From: Sphagnum compactum
Taxonomy: Eukaryota
Assembly (NCBI GenBank): GCA_965153455.1
Contig: OZ234494.1
Span: 3,162,001 to 3,226,000 of the forward strand
Length of the DNA stretch: 64,000 nucleotides
Direction of reading: 5' to 3'
This document shows positions 24,729 through 37,788 of this stretch, in pieces (positions within the stretch are counted from its first letter, which is position 1; each line of letters starts with the position of its first letter). The notes under the pieces were generated by a model that saw only the letters and a list, made by a program, of their open reading frames with translations, had not been told where the DNA came from and ran no database searches. The position numbers and the translations under genes were made by a program.

Positions 24729-27700
24729 CTATAGTAACTGCCGGAGCACATAGTGAAGGATGCCCCCATTCTGGAAGTACGTCAGCTCCACTTGTGTGTC
24801 AAAGCGAAGCACACAAGTGAACTTTTTCCCGTCATTTGTTGTCACAGCAACATCCATGCCAGGCTTGATGTTCTCAACATCTGGCATGTGGATGGTGTAC
24901 CTCTCCAAGCCAGTTAGACCAAGAAACTCAGCATCTTCCCCTGCCTTAAAGCAAAGGGGAATCAAGCCCATGCCAACAAGGTTGCTACGGTGGATGCGCT
25001 CAAAGCTCTTTGCAATCACAGCCTTCACCCCCTGTTAAAACAAGCATGTAAGAATCCATCTGTCTAGTTCTAACAGCAAAGGGCACAAAATTTAACTACC
25101 AGCAGTCTTTCCCTTCCCCAGACAAAGTTCTTGCCATATATTATTACTCTCACAACAAGAAGACCCTCAAATATGTGCAAAAGATGGCAGTAACTAGTCA
25201 TATGGCAATTACAATCTCCCAAGTCCTGTACACAGAGACAAGAAATGGTAATAAGGCAATACCATACATGCAAGAATCAACATGGAACTCACAGGCATCT
25301 AGTTATTAAGATGCCAGAAACCTTGAGTGAGAAAAACATAACATAGATTGGCCACTAAGCCTCCTCTCAACAGGACCTGAAACTTCAACCCTTGAACTTG
25401 GATGAACCCGAGTAATTCCAAGGAGTGTACAAGTCAGAATAGTAGGTGAGATCCTCACCTGCAGATATGGGCCTTTGGCAGCCCAATCACGAGAGCTTCC
25501 ACTTCCATACTCAGCCCCTGCCAGGATAATTGTATCTACACCTTCCTCTTTATACTTCTGCTACAGGAAACCATGTTAAAAACTGAGTTGTAAAACAATA
25601 GACCAAACTACTGTCAAAAACTCAATTATTACTAGAGCCAACAGCCAAGGTCACACAATTCATCTTTTTTCATCTCCTCTGTGACACGAGAAAAAAAGCA
25701 CTGGTGACTGTCCTGGTTGGGAAAACTGAATGCAAATCAAAGTACTCAGCATACTGACCTGTGCAGCATCATATATGAACATCTTTTGTTGGGATGGAAT
25801 GTGGAGGGTCCTAGGCCCAACTTCGCCTTTCAGAAATTTGTTGACAATCCGGATGTTAGCAAATGTCCCTCTTGCCATTACTTCATCATTTCCACGGCGA
25901 CTACCATATGAATTGAAATCCTTTCGATCTACTCCATGTTCCATCAAATACTTGGCAGCTGGACTGTCCTTATTTATGTTACCAGCTGGTGAGATGTGGT
26001 CAGTGGTGATACTATCACCAAAGTTGAGGAGGCAGTAGGCATCTTTCACACTTGGCACACCTGGGGGATCTTTAGTCATGGTCTTAAAGAAAGGGGGTTC
26101 ATGAACATAGGTAGACTTTGGATCCCAAGCATATTGAGATCCTTGGGGGCAAGCCAGTTGATTCCACATTTCATTGCCCTTTGTTATCTGTGCATATGTA
26201 GATCGGAACATCTCTGGAAGCACAGCTCTTCCCACCACCTGTGGATCAAAAAATATCATTGGTACACAAAGGGATGTGATATAGGGGTCATTTTTTTGGA
26301 AAATATACACCTCATACAGTCTGATCAAAACAGATCATATGATGTTATCTTACACAAAGCATAGACTTAATTTGGAATTGCAGTTGTTTGATTGCATAAT
26401 AGACTACTTTGGAGTGTTCTAGATGAAAGTCAGCTACTTCAACCAAGTTAAATCAGCTCTGTGTCAAACCAGGACTTTGCATGTCTACATGAGAGCCATT
26501 GCTGTGTTTTCCTATGTTAGGAACCCTTAACATGTGAGGAAACTCCCTAATATCTTCCACTTCCAGTAGTGTTTACAAAGCATAAGTACGAAGAGACTGA
26601 GAGAGTCCATGATTTATACCTCAGCAACCTCTTCATTGGAAGGCCATACATCCCTCAGAAAGACAGCTTTTCCACCCTTGCCAACTCCAATTGGCTCTGT
26701 TTCAAAATCAATGTTCACCTGTTGCAACCACTCCAAATCATTCAGAAGGGCAGGTGTCTAAAAACAGCATTTGAGATGCACAAGGCTTTCCATCATCTGC
26801 AAGTGCACATTGTAGTCAAGGCTCACTAAAATAATGAGGAATGCACAGTCCATACACCAATAGGAAAAGCACAATGAAAACATTGAACCAGAAATGAAAT
26901 GACTTGAATGACCCACCGTCCCAGCAAAGGCATAAGCCACCACCAAAGGAGGTGAAGCCAGATAATTTGCACGAGTTAATGGATGTACACGACCCTCAAA
27001 ATTTCGATTGCCAGACAATACAGCTGCTGCAATTACATCTGCAAACAAATAACAGACAAATAGTAGAATGGCTCTTTAGATCTATGGGCTGGAGGTCTGT
27101 AATGAATCCTGGTAAACCTCCTAATCCCCCAGCTGAATATTGTTTCCAGCTCATCCATTTAACTACAATTGCAGCAAAAATGAATATTTTCTCTGAATAG
27201 TATAACATTTCCAAATGTTGCAAAAGGGCTGACAGGTCTTCAGACAGAAGTGACACTGCACACCAACTGTAGTCTCTTCCTTAGTCAAGATTGATCAATT
27301 TTCATTACCTTCTTGCAGACAAACAGAACTTACCATTCTCAGCAATTGCTTCAGCTACAGCTTCATGCAATTCACCAGAATTGCCAATGCAAGTGGTGCA
27401 CCCATAGCCCACCAGACTAAAGCCTTGCTGATCAAGATACTTTGCCAAGCCACTGCCATTTCAATACATGAAACTTCAGATCAAGGAAAATCACTTGCTC
27501 ACACTAAGAATTAGTGTGGAAGAGACTACACCTCTCCCCAAAGTTTGCAACCACTTTCACTTACATCTCATATCTTACAATTTGTCCACAGCTCTGAACC
27601 ATCTACTACTCGGTACTACAATTGCCACCATTGTAGGTGGTGAAGTACTTGACATTGGGCTTCAGCCCATCCAACAAACATTAGTTTGCAAATGTTCCAT

Positions 27701-30700
27701 CATACCATATTCAACCTCTCATTTGCAAGAAGAAGAGTCATTCATGAAATGTTCCCCTAGAATGGGCAGAATACCTTTTCTCAAGATATAGTGTGACAAC
27801 ACCAGATCCTGGAGCAAGACTGGTCTTTATCCATGGTTTCACCTGTTCAGTCAAAACAGAATCAAGTTGAAGAGACTACAATCGAATTCCAAAGGAGAGT
27901 ACATTCAAACCAATAATTAAACCAAATTCTGCTGCATGACCAAAAGGGTACATGAACAATTCCAGTTGAACATCTGAACAACATGCCCTGGTAGGACATT
28001 CAAACAATGGCCCAAGGACTGTTATCCCCACCACAAGACAATCCACTTTGGACATGGCTAAAATATGGGTTGCCTTCATCTTGATGTGATTCTAATTGAC
28101 AGCAACAAGGTGCACATCACAAGTCCACAAGAAATAGGGACTAAACTGGCAATTGGAACACACATTCACATCAGATGCAGAATCTGACCTCTAGTCCAAG
28201 TTCAGTTGCCTTCTTAGCCACAAGGCCAGCACCAAGCATTACACTTGGATTGGATGTGTTGGTGCAACTTGTGATGGCAGCTATGACAACACTACCATGC
28301 CTCATCTCAGCTGGCTGACCATTGAAGGTGAATTTCACAACTTTGTCCTGTTCATCCTTGGGAACAGCAAACCCCTGCAACAAAAGGAAACTGATAAGTA
28401 CAAAGTGAAGCATTTTTTCCATCACAAGCCATGAAACTAGAAAAGAATATGCTTGATAGGATAGGACAAAATTCAGCAACAGACACAGAGGAATGTAACT
28501 ATGAGATATACCTTGAAGCCAACCTTGTTGTCCAAACAAGCCTGCCAATCCACCTTCATATCTTTCAATTTCACCCGGTCATGGGGCCTGCATTTGTTCA
28601 TTTACTCTAGTCAGACCAAAAACACATGCAAATGTGCAGAAAGGAATACATGAAAGGAAACAGTGAGACAGATTCATGTCAATTGATAAATGCTTCCAAC
28701 AAAACTGCATTGTGCACACTCTAGTCCCCTCAAATTGACCATTGAAAACTAGACCATAGGCCCAATACCATCCTTACAGAGAAGAGCATCTATGGATGCC
28801 AAGACTGTCAACATTTGTATCAGCCTTAAGAAAAGAGTGCTTTGCATACCTTTTTGGTCCAGAAATACATGGCTCCACTGAGTCAAGGTCAAGCTCCAGG
28901 TATGATGTGTAAATGTTCTCTTTTTGAGGCTGAAGATACACATGAATGAACAATATCAATATCCATCTGATTGCCAATTGCACAACTACAGCAGTCATTC
29001 CCATGACATCAGAAGTCACTATATCAGAAGACACTGAGCCATTACTCAGCACTAACCGCCCCATAACAACCATGGGGAGTCAAGAAGCAATGGAAAAGAG
29101 TTCCTGCCCACTGTTGAAAGGAGTCCACAATACATTCCAGTGACATACTCCAACCAAACCTGCTATTTACCTAGCAGGAACGAAAAAATCCAAGATACAT
29201 GCTGAGGCCTGCAGATGCCAAACTCACCTTTTCATGGTCAATGAACAGGTTATTTGCCCGGAGATAAGCTTCAATCTCTTTAACCTATTGCATAGAGACA
29301 AGAACCACCCAGAACACAAAAAACAGGATTTGCTGTGTCAAGACATCAATGACATTCTACAAAATTTACTGACTACAACCTCACCTGAAGGAGGATGAGT
29401 ATTTAAGGACAAGACCTTAAACCTCAATCATCTACTGGCTCAAGGAAATGAGCAGTAAATTATCTCTCTTCTGCCAAATGATGGTTCCACTATGCTGTTT
29501 CTACCCGATATGACTCCACTATTTGGAATAACATCACATCATTAGAATCCTGAATAGATACCAGTATCTCCTAGTTATATGACCACACCTAGACATCTGG
29601 CAGCAATGCTAAAATGGACATAATAGCTGATTTTTAATAAGAGAATGCATATACGAGCACATCATCTCATGTATCCTGAAAGTTGGTTACCTTCTCCTCA
29701 TCACGGCCAGTCAACCTCAAGTACTGTAGTGTGACCTTGTCCACTGGGAAAAAACCCATAGTAGCCCCATACTCTGGGGACATGTTTGCAATTGTTGCAC
29801 GATCAGCCAAAGAAAGTTCTGACATGCCCTTTCCTGCAAAACAATAAACAGTGGTCATTGTGGTGAGAGAAGAGAACAAAAATGTAATGCACTTGCACAA
29901 ACTCCTCCAACCATTTCCATAGTCATATAGCAAACTCCAACAGCAGCAGTCAAGAATATCCCACATACCATAGAATTCCACAAACTTGCCGACCACACCA
30001 TGTTTCCGCAGAATTTGAGTAACTGTTAACACCAAATCTGTGGCAGTAACTCCTGTGCGTAGCTTGCCATTCAACTTAAAACCTACAACCCCTGGAAGGA
30101 CCATACTCATGGGCTGCAACAAAAGAAATGAATGACCTCTCAGTTTCGCACAACTTAAAGAACCACAACCAGAGATGAACACTGTGATGTAAGATGCTTC
30201 AATCCCTCCCAATAAGGTCATGCATTTAATGTCATTTGGTCCATTGGCACCCCAGCAAAGTCCAATTACATCCTTAAGATGGAGAGATTTCTTGTTGTTC
30301 AAAAACATGTATCCTCAAGCATGTACACAATGCAGAACCAAGCACCCTTTATCTTGCTCCTAGGGAATGTCATGAACATACTTGACCAAGCATTGCTGCT
30401 TCTGCCTCAATGCCTCCAACTCCCCAGCCTGCAACACCAAGCCCATCTATCATAGTCGTATGTGAATCAGTTCCGACAAGGCTGTCTGGATACAGCACTC
30501 CATCACTGTTGAAAACAACACGAGCCAAATACTCCAAATTCACCTGTGACAGGACCTCAACCATGTGTGAGATGACCCAATCAAACTTAAAACTGAAAAA
30601 AATCCAAAAGAATATCTCTCATAAGAATCAAGAAACCTCCATTTTCACGATTAAGAAAAGGCAAAGCAAGGTCAACTATTGCCGGTTAGATTCCAAAAGA

Positions 30701-32938
30701 AGTATCAACTATCTGAATGGCCTGCAGCAATCAATTATATAGCAACCAAATCAACAGATAACAGAATCTAACCAGCCAATGCACAGAGCCAAAAGAAACT
30801 GACCTGATGCACAATACCAGAACCTGGTGGCACCACAAGCATGTTTTTGAAGGCAGTTGCCCCCCACTTCAAGAAAGCAAATCGTTCTTTGTTTCGGCCA
30901 AATTCCATCTCCATGTTTGCCTGGAGTGCATTTGGTGTTCGCGAAACATCTACCTGCACTGAATGGTCAATGACCAAATCAACATTCACCTGCAAAACAC
31001 ACAACAAAGAAACCATCTCAGACAGAGGGGCATTGTGCAGCCAACATGTGCCACCATGTGGCATAAAAAGTAAAACATACCTCAAGCAGCAGAGCCCAAA
31101 TAGTTCATTGACATTGCACTGAGATCCTAGAGACAAGATAACCATGGTGCACAAAACACACTGCAAATGTCATCATTTTCAGACTGAAAATGCTTTCAGT
31201 GCATTTTATACACTCAATTGAGACCAGGCTTTGCTCTCCCTGTGCACTGAGATGCATGCAGAACTCTGAAAGACAAAGGGATCTAAGTAGTGCCAGACAA
31301 CACTCCAACAACCTGTTGACCAAGTGCAAGAAACCCGTTCCAAGAGTACTGCTCCATGTAACAGGATCATAATTCTGGCTTACCAAAGGATTGATCTTAT
31401 CTGGGTCACCACCCAGACGTGTGATAGCATCTCGCATGGCAGCCAAATCAACCACAGCTGGCACACCAGTAAAATCCTGAAGATGAAAAGAAACTGTAAG
31501 CACAAAGACAATCACACATAGGCACTGTCCCATTGAAGTTTCCTGTTTGTCATTAATTAGTGAGCACAACCTGCAATGTCAACTTCACTTCCAACAGGCC
31601 AGGTCGTTGTGAAGCATATCCCTCCTGCACAACTTATTCAAAGAAACCTGCAAAGATCTTCAGCCAACCAAATTATCTCCAAACTTCTTTAAAAGACAGA
31701 ACCTGGAGGATGACACGGGCAGGCTTGAATGGGATTTCCACTTGTTTGGGAGCAGTTATCTCCCAGTCCAGGATTTTTTCCACATCTGCCTTGAGGACCT
31801 GAAAGTTATCACAATTCCGAATTGCAGACTCCAACAGATATCTGATAGAGTAGGGCAGTACGTCTGCACAATACAAGCACAAGGACATGGCAATCAACAG
31901 CGGGTAGAATGGCAAAACAATTACAAAGAATTGTTTTGAGAAACAAAAATAGTGCCATGATCCCTGTTCTGAACATTCATAAAGCATCTACAACTCTTGT
32001 GGGGTTCTCTATCATTCCAACAAATATAAACCAAGACAAATGACTCTTATCTCAGTAGCACTGTCAATCCGATGATCCAGCAGCAATCTAACCTATCACC
32101 GAAAAAACAAATCATCATCAACAAGGAGAACCATGTTCAGCATTGTACTATAGAGAGGAAACAAACCCAATGGACTTACCAACTCGAGGATCATTCAGTT
32201 TGGTAAGGCTGTAGTACTTCCCATATGTGCCTCCACCTGGCTTGGGTAAATCAGTCAAGAGGCTATCATATGGATTCCCCGTAGCTGCAACATAGACAAG
32301 GCATCATCAAAAGAGTCTCGTCGCTGATCACAATCTGCTCATTGTATGTGTACACTGGGTAGCAGATCCAGTAGGGTGTATAATCACCGATCCATTTGCA
32401 AAAAAGGTTGGACTTTGTTGAAAGTGGAGATCCGATCCAAAAAACACTCCGTCCTACAAGAAGCACACGGTCCTCTAGGCACGATCCGCTTACCGTGAGA
32501 GGAAGCCATCCTTGAGCCGCCTTGCAAAAGCCCGGAAGCCGCGGATGCCAGCACTCGAACACCACCCGGCTGCTGCTGCCTTCCAGATCCAAACCCTGGG
32601 AAATCTCGCACAATAATCCTCCTGCCAGTCTGACGGGCCAACCCCGCAGCGACGGCAAAGCTTCGATTATTATACAACCTAGAGCCGTAAAACTCACAAG
32701 GCGGCAATCGCACCGAATTCCGAAGTCCAGATACAAACCCTGACGACGACGATGATGCAAAACGGGTTGCGGAGGTGAACAGGTTCGTGCTGGTTCTGCA
32801 GCAGCAGGTAGCGAGCCCGGAAGCTTTGACAGGAGAAGCCGAGAAGCCTGCTGCCGTTGCTGCCAGTGCCGCTGGACGCAACCTGGTAGAAACGCTGCCG
32901 CAGGCTCTCAGAAATGGCGATACGGTGATAGTGTGCAT
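24729..32938 (-). CDS. ACO: Aconitate hydratase (plant ACO / IRP-like AcnA family), 19 coding exons, about 1042 aa from the first ATG or about 899 aa from the internal ATG at 32509
   Basis: Exons read with GT-AG borders and consistent phase: 32938-32494, 32284-32180, 31863-31703, 31476-31384, 30989-30804, 30543-30382, 30113-29969, 29833-29691, 29284-29228, 28929-28850, 28587-28512, 28374-28189, 27842-27775, 27452-27334, 27038-26917, 26718-26620, 26238-25759, 25557-25459, 25031-24729 (sum 3129 nt). Motifs: [42 protein letters not shown] (Fe-S Cys), [41 protein letters not shown]. Confidence 0.97.
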
Positions 32939-32973
32939 TATGAGCTGAAGTAGAAAGGGACTCCTTTTTTATT

Positions 32974-33242
32974 ATCTCTCTCTCTCTCTCTCAGTTCTTG
33001 CAATAGACTATCTCAATTCTCGCCTCGCCACTACTCCCTTCCAAACCGCTGCAAACCTCTTCCCTTATCGCTCCTCCCTTTCCGAACCTTACTACCAGTG
33101 CCGCTCCGCTCGATCGCTCGCTTTCTTCGATTCCCGATCCACTCGCGCTTCTTTCCGTTCGTTTTTCTCCTCCTCGTCCCTCCGCGCCCGTCTCGTCGTC
33201 TCCCCCCCACGTATCTTCCACAGGCTCTTCTCTCTCTCTCTT
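32974..33242 (-). promoter_or_regulatory. Aconitase 5' leader/promoter with (GA)n tracts
   Basis: (CT)n on + at about 32974-32992 and 33229-33241, within a GC/GA-rich region directly upstream of the first ATG. Confidence 0.5.
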
Positions 33243-33367
33243 TGTCGCCACCCTCGCATGTGTCTGGGTGTTTGTGTGCGCAGCGAACGCAAAGAGCCCT
33301 GAATTGGCACCAACGCTCTCTTTCTATTCTTTAGACTAGGTAGTTACCAGTACGTGTGTTTTTTAGG

Positions 33368-33680
33368 CATTTTTGTTTGTAGCCAAAGTGGCGATCATCC
33401 ATTGAAAGATGTAGCAAAAGTGGCGATCATCGGTGGGAAGACTTAGCCAAATCTGCCTATAAATAAGAAAATAAAGTGCAAATATTGAATCATCCTTCAA
33501 TATGTTTGGCTATACAAATTGAAAACCAAATATATGAGTTTGGCGATTTTTGCATACTGTTTTTTTTTTCCCTCACTTCTGGTGATTGAAAATCTCCTAA
33601 ATCACTTCTTTTTCGATTTTTTTAATTTTTTAAAATTCGCCTTAGGGCGAAACTTTACCAAAGAAAAAAGGGGCTTTTTT
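33368..33680 (+). repeat. Short dispersed repeat, copy 2, just upstream of aconitase
   Basis: Similar to 15385-15660. Confidence 0.7.
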
Positions 33681-34102
33681 TTTTTTGGTGGTTGCCAAAT
33701 TTCGCCCAAAAGCGAAATTAAAATTTGGTAAAAAATTGATGGGTCTAGCTCTTAGTCAAAGTGTAGAAGAATAAAGCCCCAGTCTGCTGTGGGCTCTACC
33801 AAAAATAAGGGCCAGCCCCAAGTCGGAGCGGAGTGTGGGCCCATTTATGGTAACGAGAGTTTTTCTTTCCAAGTGTAAAGACTGACTGCACTTTGGAAAT
33901 ACACTCGGAAATTATTATTTTTGTGTGGGGTCCCCCCCCCCCAAATGAAGAGGAAGGAAATTGGAAAAACGGGCTTTTTGGGGCTACTTTTGGTAGCATT
34001 GGAAAGCCCTCGTTGATTGGTAAAGGGTGTCACGAGGTGGTTTTGTAATGTGTAAACTTGTGTCCGTCAATTCTTTACTTTAATGAAGAATGTCCAAAAA
34101 AT

Positions 34103-34230
34103 AAATGTCCGTCCGGCTTAAATAGACGGATGACAGGATGCATGAAATGTTCGTCCGGCTTAAATAGATGGATGACAGGATGGATGAAATGTTCATCCGG
34201 TTGGATAACGGGACGAATGACAAGATGAAT
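34103..34230 (+). repeat. Three 42-bp tandem units (AATGTYCGTCCGGCTTAAATAGAYGGATGACAGGATG...)
   Basis: Two near-identical units and one diverged unit seen directly. Confidence 0.8.
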
Positions 34231-35284
34231 TAAGGGGAAGCTTCACGACGTCCTTTACTATATATAATGTCCAATTCCAGTTCAAAAAATAAATTAGAGT
34301 GATCTCCGTTCCAATTCCACTCACACATAAATGGAATCCAGAATTCAGTTTTGGGTTTGGTTCTTTAGGAAAACTGAATTTCGATTTTGGCTTTTAGTTT
34401 CAATTCTGAAGATTAGACTTGGTTTTAGGTTTTCTGGATTGGAACTGGCAGTAACTACCAGTTAAACTCTGATTAATTGCAGGTTAATTCTGGTTATCCT
34501 TCAATTAGCCCCTTTGTTGGCCTTGCCTACCAAGGCAAGGATATTGTGAGGTAAGGATATTGTGTTTAGATTCATTATAGAGTATAGTAGCTTACGGGAT
34601 TTAGTAGCTATAGGCCCCTATGTAGTATGTCTATTTTTATATGAGGATTTTTGAAAGGTGACATTTTGGCTTGTGTTGAAACTTGATGACTCGATTACTT
34701 GTAGAGTTATGATATCTTGAAGGATTTTGGTTTCTTTTGGAGGATTCTTTTGAAGATTATATTTTTGCATGGTGAAATATTTGAATTTTCATAATTCTTT
34801 TTTTGCATTAGGATACTTTTTGATGTAAATGGCAAGGCCACAGTGTGACACACCCCTTGTTCTACTCTGTTTTTCTAGGCAACAATACTTCCTATGGGCA
34901 GAGCCACTTTCTTTATCGCATCGCCAAGAAATTTTCAACATTTACTTTAAGTTAGCCAGTTTCATATTGTCTACAGACAGTTTTTTTTGGTGAGATGAAG
35001 GTTGATGGATTAGGGGTTAAGGGGATTCAAAATGTTCAATTCAGTATGTTTTTATGTCGACCTCCCCACCTCTCTTCTTCAATTTCTTGCATCAATCTTG
35101 GGGGAACTAAATGCACCTAGGGCACATAGATCAAATTGTTGCATTGTCCCACTAGTTCATGTTTTCCTTCGCCCCTCCTCGTACTCAAAAAAATTGAACG
35201 GGCAATAGAGCAATGAGCGCCTAGTTGCTAAGTGGTGCCCAATCTCTCAGGTTTAGGGTTTTCTAGTCTTTGCAACCAAGGAGG

Positions 35285-35372
35285 TTTCAGTTGTTGGCAA
35301 TTTAATTGGGCGACAAGGTGCAACTATTAAGTCCATTCAAGATGCGTTAGGGGCAACATTCTAGATTCTCCT
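35285..35372 (+). pseudogene. KH-domain gene fragment (FLK/PEP-like GxxG loop)
   Basis: 35293-35370 translates as VGNLIGRQGATIKSIQDALGATF*IL. No flanking exons found. Confidence 0.7.
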
Positions 35373-35542
35373 AATTTCCATCTTTGCATGGTTGCATGCT
35401 AGTGTCTTTCTCTAGCATTTGTATGCATGAAGTTTGTGTTAAGTTCTTTGTCACACAAAGCTCTAGTAGAGGATAAAGTGAGGAAGGGTGCTTTGGTCTT
35501 TGGAAATATTGCTTCAAAAGCAAGCTAGTTTGTCTTTATGCA

Positions 35543-36045
35543 AATTCTAGGTAGCATTGGATCTATTGGAGGAGGTTGGCATTGGACAAAAAGGGATGTC
35601 TTATGCACATGGGTGCCTTCATTGTATAAGTTGTTGGCTAGGTTTGTTCAACTGCTTGTCATGTAAGATGTATTGTATGTGGGTTGGTTTATAAGGCATA
35701 AACTCCAGTAATGGTGTAGCCAATAATGTAAATTGCAGTTGCTTTGAAGGTTATGAAGTTTAGGGCCATATTTGGGGTTAGTCACCAAGAAGATTGACTT
35801 GTTGGGTTGTGTTGGGTTTATTGATTTATGGTTGTTTAATTGGTGTAACAGTAGGTTTGATTTGCTGAAAGGACATTATGAAATATGGTATGAGGTTTAG
35901 AGCCATATTGGGGACTTGATGACCGAGGAATGAGCATAATGGGTTGGTTGGGTGTAGATGACTTGTGGTCGTGTAGCTAGTGTAGCAGCTTTTTAGAGCC
36001 CTTGTTGGTGGTGTGTTGTTTGCTTTTGAGGATGTCCCTTCCTAT
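35543..36045 (+). pseudogene. CLC chloride channel gene fragments (two decayed exon pieces)
   Basis: About 35543-35640 reads ILGSIGSIGGG/LALDK..MHMGAFI..VG, compare KIFGSIGSVGGGLALGKEGPLVHTGACIA. 35961-36045 reads TCGRVASVAA/FRALVGGVLFAFEDV, compare TCG.AAGVAAAFRAPVGGVLFALEE. Both are frameshifted. Confidence 0.75.
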
Positions 36046-36794
36046 TTTGTGCTAAGTGTTCCCAACCCGTTTTATGACTCATTGATATGGTTGTGAAACA
36101 TGCATATATAGTTGTTCAATTGAGATTATTCCTTGACATTACAAATATCAAAAACCTTATTAAGGAACATAATTTGAAAAGTCCATGTGAAGAATGTAGG
36201 TTAAGAAAACTCATTTAAGGATTGTTTATCAAGAGATAGCAATCAATTCACAGGCATGCATTAATGACCAACTTCAAATCATGCAATTTTTTTCATTACA
36301 ACTCTATGAATGTTTGGGAATGCGATGTAAAATAATTTTAAAACCCAAATAGTCGTTGATTTGTCTTGAAAATGCTTAGTTTCAGGTGTCATAATTGAAT
36401 TAATGAACTTTGAACCTCCTTTTTGACATCTTGGATCTTGAAATATCACGAATTCTCAACTTTCAACACATGAATCAACTTAATATGTCAATGAAATTGG
36501 TTTCCAAGAGAACTTTCTATTGATTCATAATGCACCTCATGAGGATGATAGGATGCAAGGTTTTAAATGTAGACTTGTTGAATGATACATGGTTGTTCCA
36601 TGATCACAACAATGTATACCATTCAACTTCTAATTTTTCATCAGAAACTATAGTTGTGGGATGCATTCCCAACAGTCATAGATAGTACAGTGCTTTGGAC
36701 TCATTTCATGGAGCTTATTACTTCTCTTCTTTGCTCTTGCTTACCCATGTTGACTTTTTCATAAGTTTTTTTCCAATGCCATTGTTTGACACAT

Positions 36795-37788
36795 TGTAAC
36801 CAAAAAAGAAAAGGGAAAGGTCAAACAACGACTCGACCCCTCTGTTGAGTTCACCCTGACAGAAATACGAATGGGTGTTCGTCTATTGAACAAACAACAT
36901 GACAATTGCGCTAATCTAAGTCCAGAGCTTCTGTTTTCTAGTCCTACTAAAAGCTAATGAGATGCACACATCACCGATGCAAAAGCCCCTTCACTGAACT
37001 TCCTCAGACACAGTGTCTACTCATGCAAAACAACAAGACAGAATTTCAGAGATTTAAATTCATAGCTCATAATTCACAAAATCTCCCCGACAGCACAAGC
37101 TTCCCCACTCCGGTGTGCTCATCAAAATCATGCATCCCACTCAGCTAAGTCGTTGGCGCAGCGGAAAGTTTCAGCAACACAGCCAAGTGCTCTACAAAAA
37201 CAGACATACAGAGTGATACGTCTATACTCTTCTAAGCTCAGCTGACCTCTTCAGCTCTATCTCGGCCTCCTTAAGCAATGATCAGCCAGGATCCAGAAAC
37301 AACTCCCGAGCTCAAAACGCTCTCCAAAAATCAGACCTCTCAGTCTATCTCAGACCTCTCTAGCTATCCTCCAAGCTTCTCTGCCTGCTCTTCCTCCAAA
37401 ATGCTCTTTTTCTGTCTATCTGCCTATCCTCTCATCTCCAGTGCTGATCTACTGATCTCTCACAAAAACCAACCACCCTTCTAGACCTGCAGCTCCTCCT
37501 CCTCTCCGCTTTCTTCCTAGCTTCCATCACAAGCTTCCCTCCTCCCTCACTCCGCCGCCGCCGTGCTTCCCACTTCGGCTCATCAATGCAGCTCCACTCC
37601 TTACCATCATTCGCGCTGCCTCCTTCCTGTACAACATCTCACACACACCCAAAGAGAAACCTTCCCATGCACTTCCATGCAGAAGTAATGGAGAGACTGC
37701 CGCAGCAAAATGACGGCTAATAAAGCAAAATTAAATCCCAAGATCAGACAGTGTTCACACTGGCGTGGCGACCTAATTTCGTGTTACA
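36795..37788. mobile_element. Solo LTR (about 994 bp)
   Basis: Begins TGTAAC and ends GTTACA (perfect 6-bp terminal inverted repeat, TG...CA). Flanked by direct repeat ACAT (36791-36794 and 37789-37792). Sharp rise in GC, no coding domains. Confidence 0.8.

Noticed and set aside
24760..32760. Plus-strand and alternative-frame ORFs over aconitase
   Set aside because: Shadows of exons or intronic noise with no recognisable motifs.
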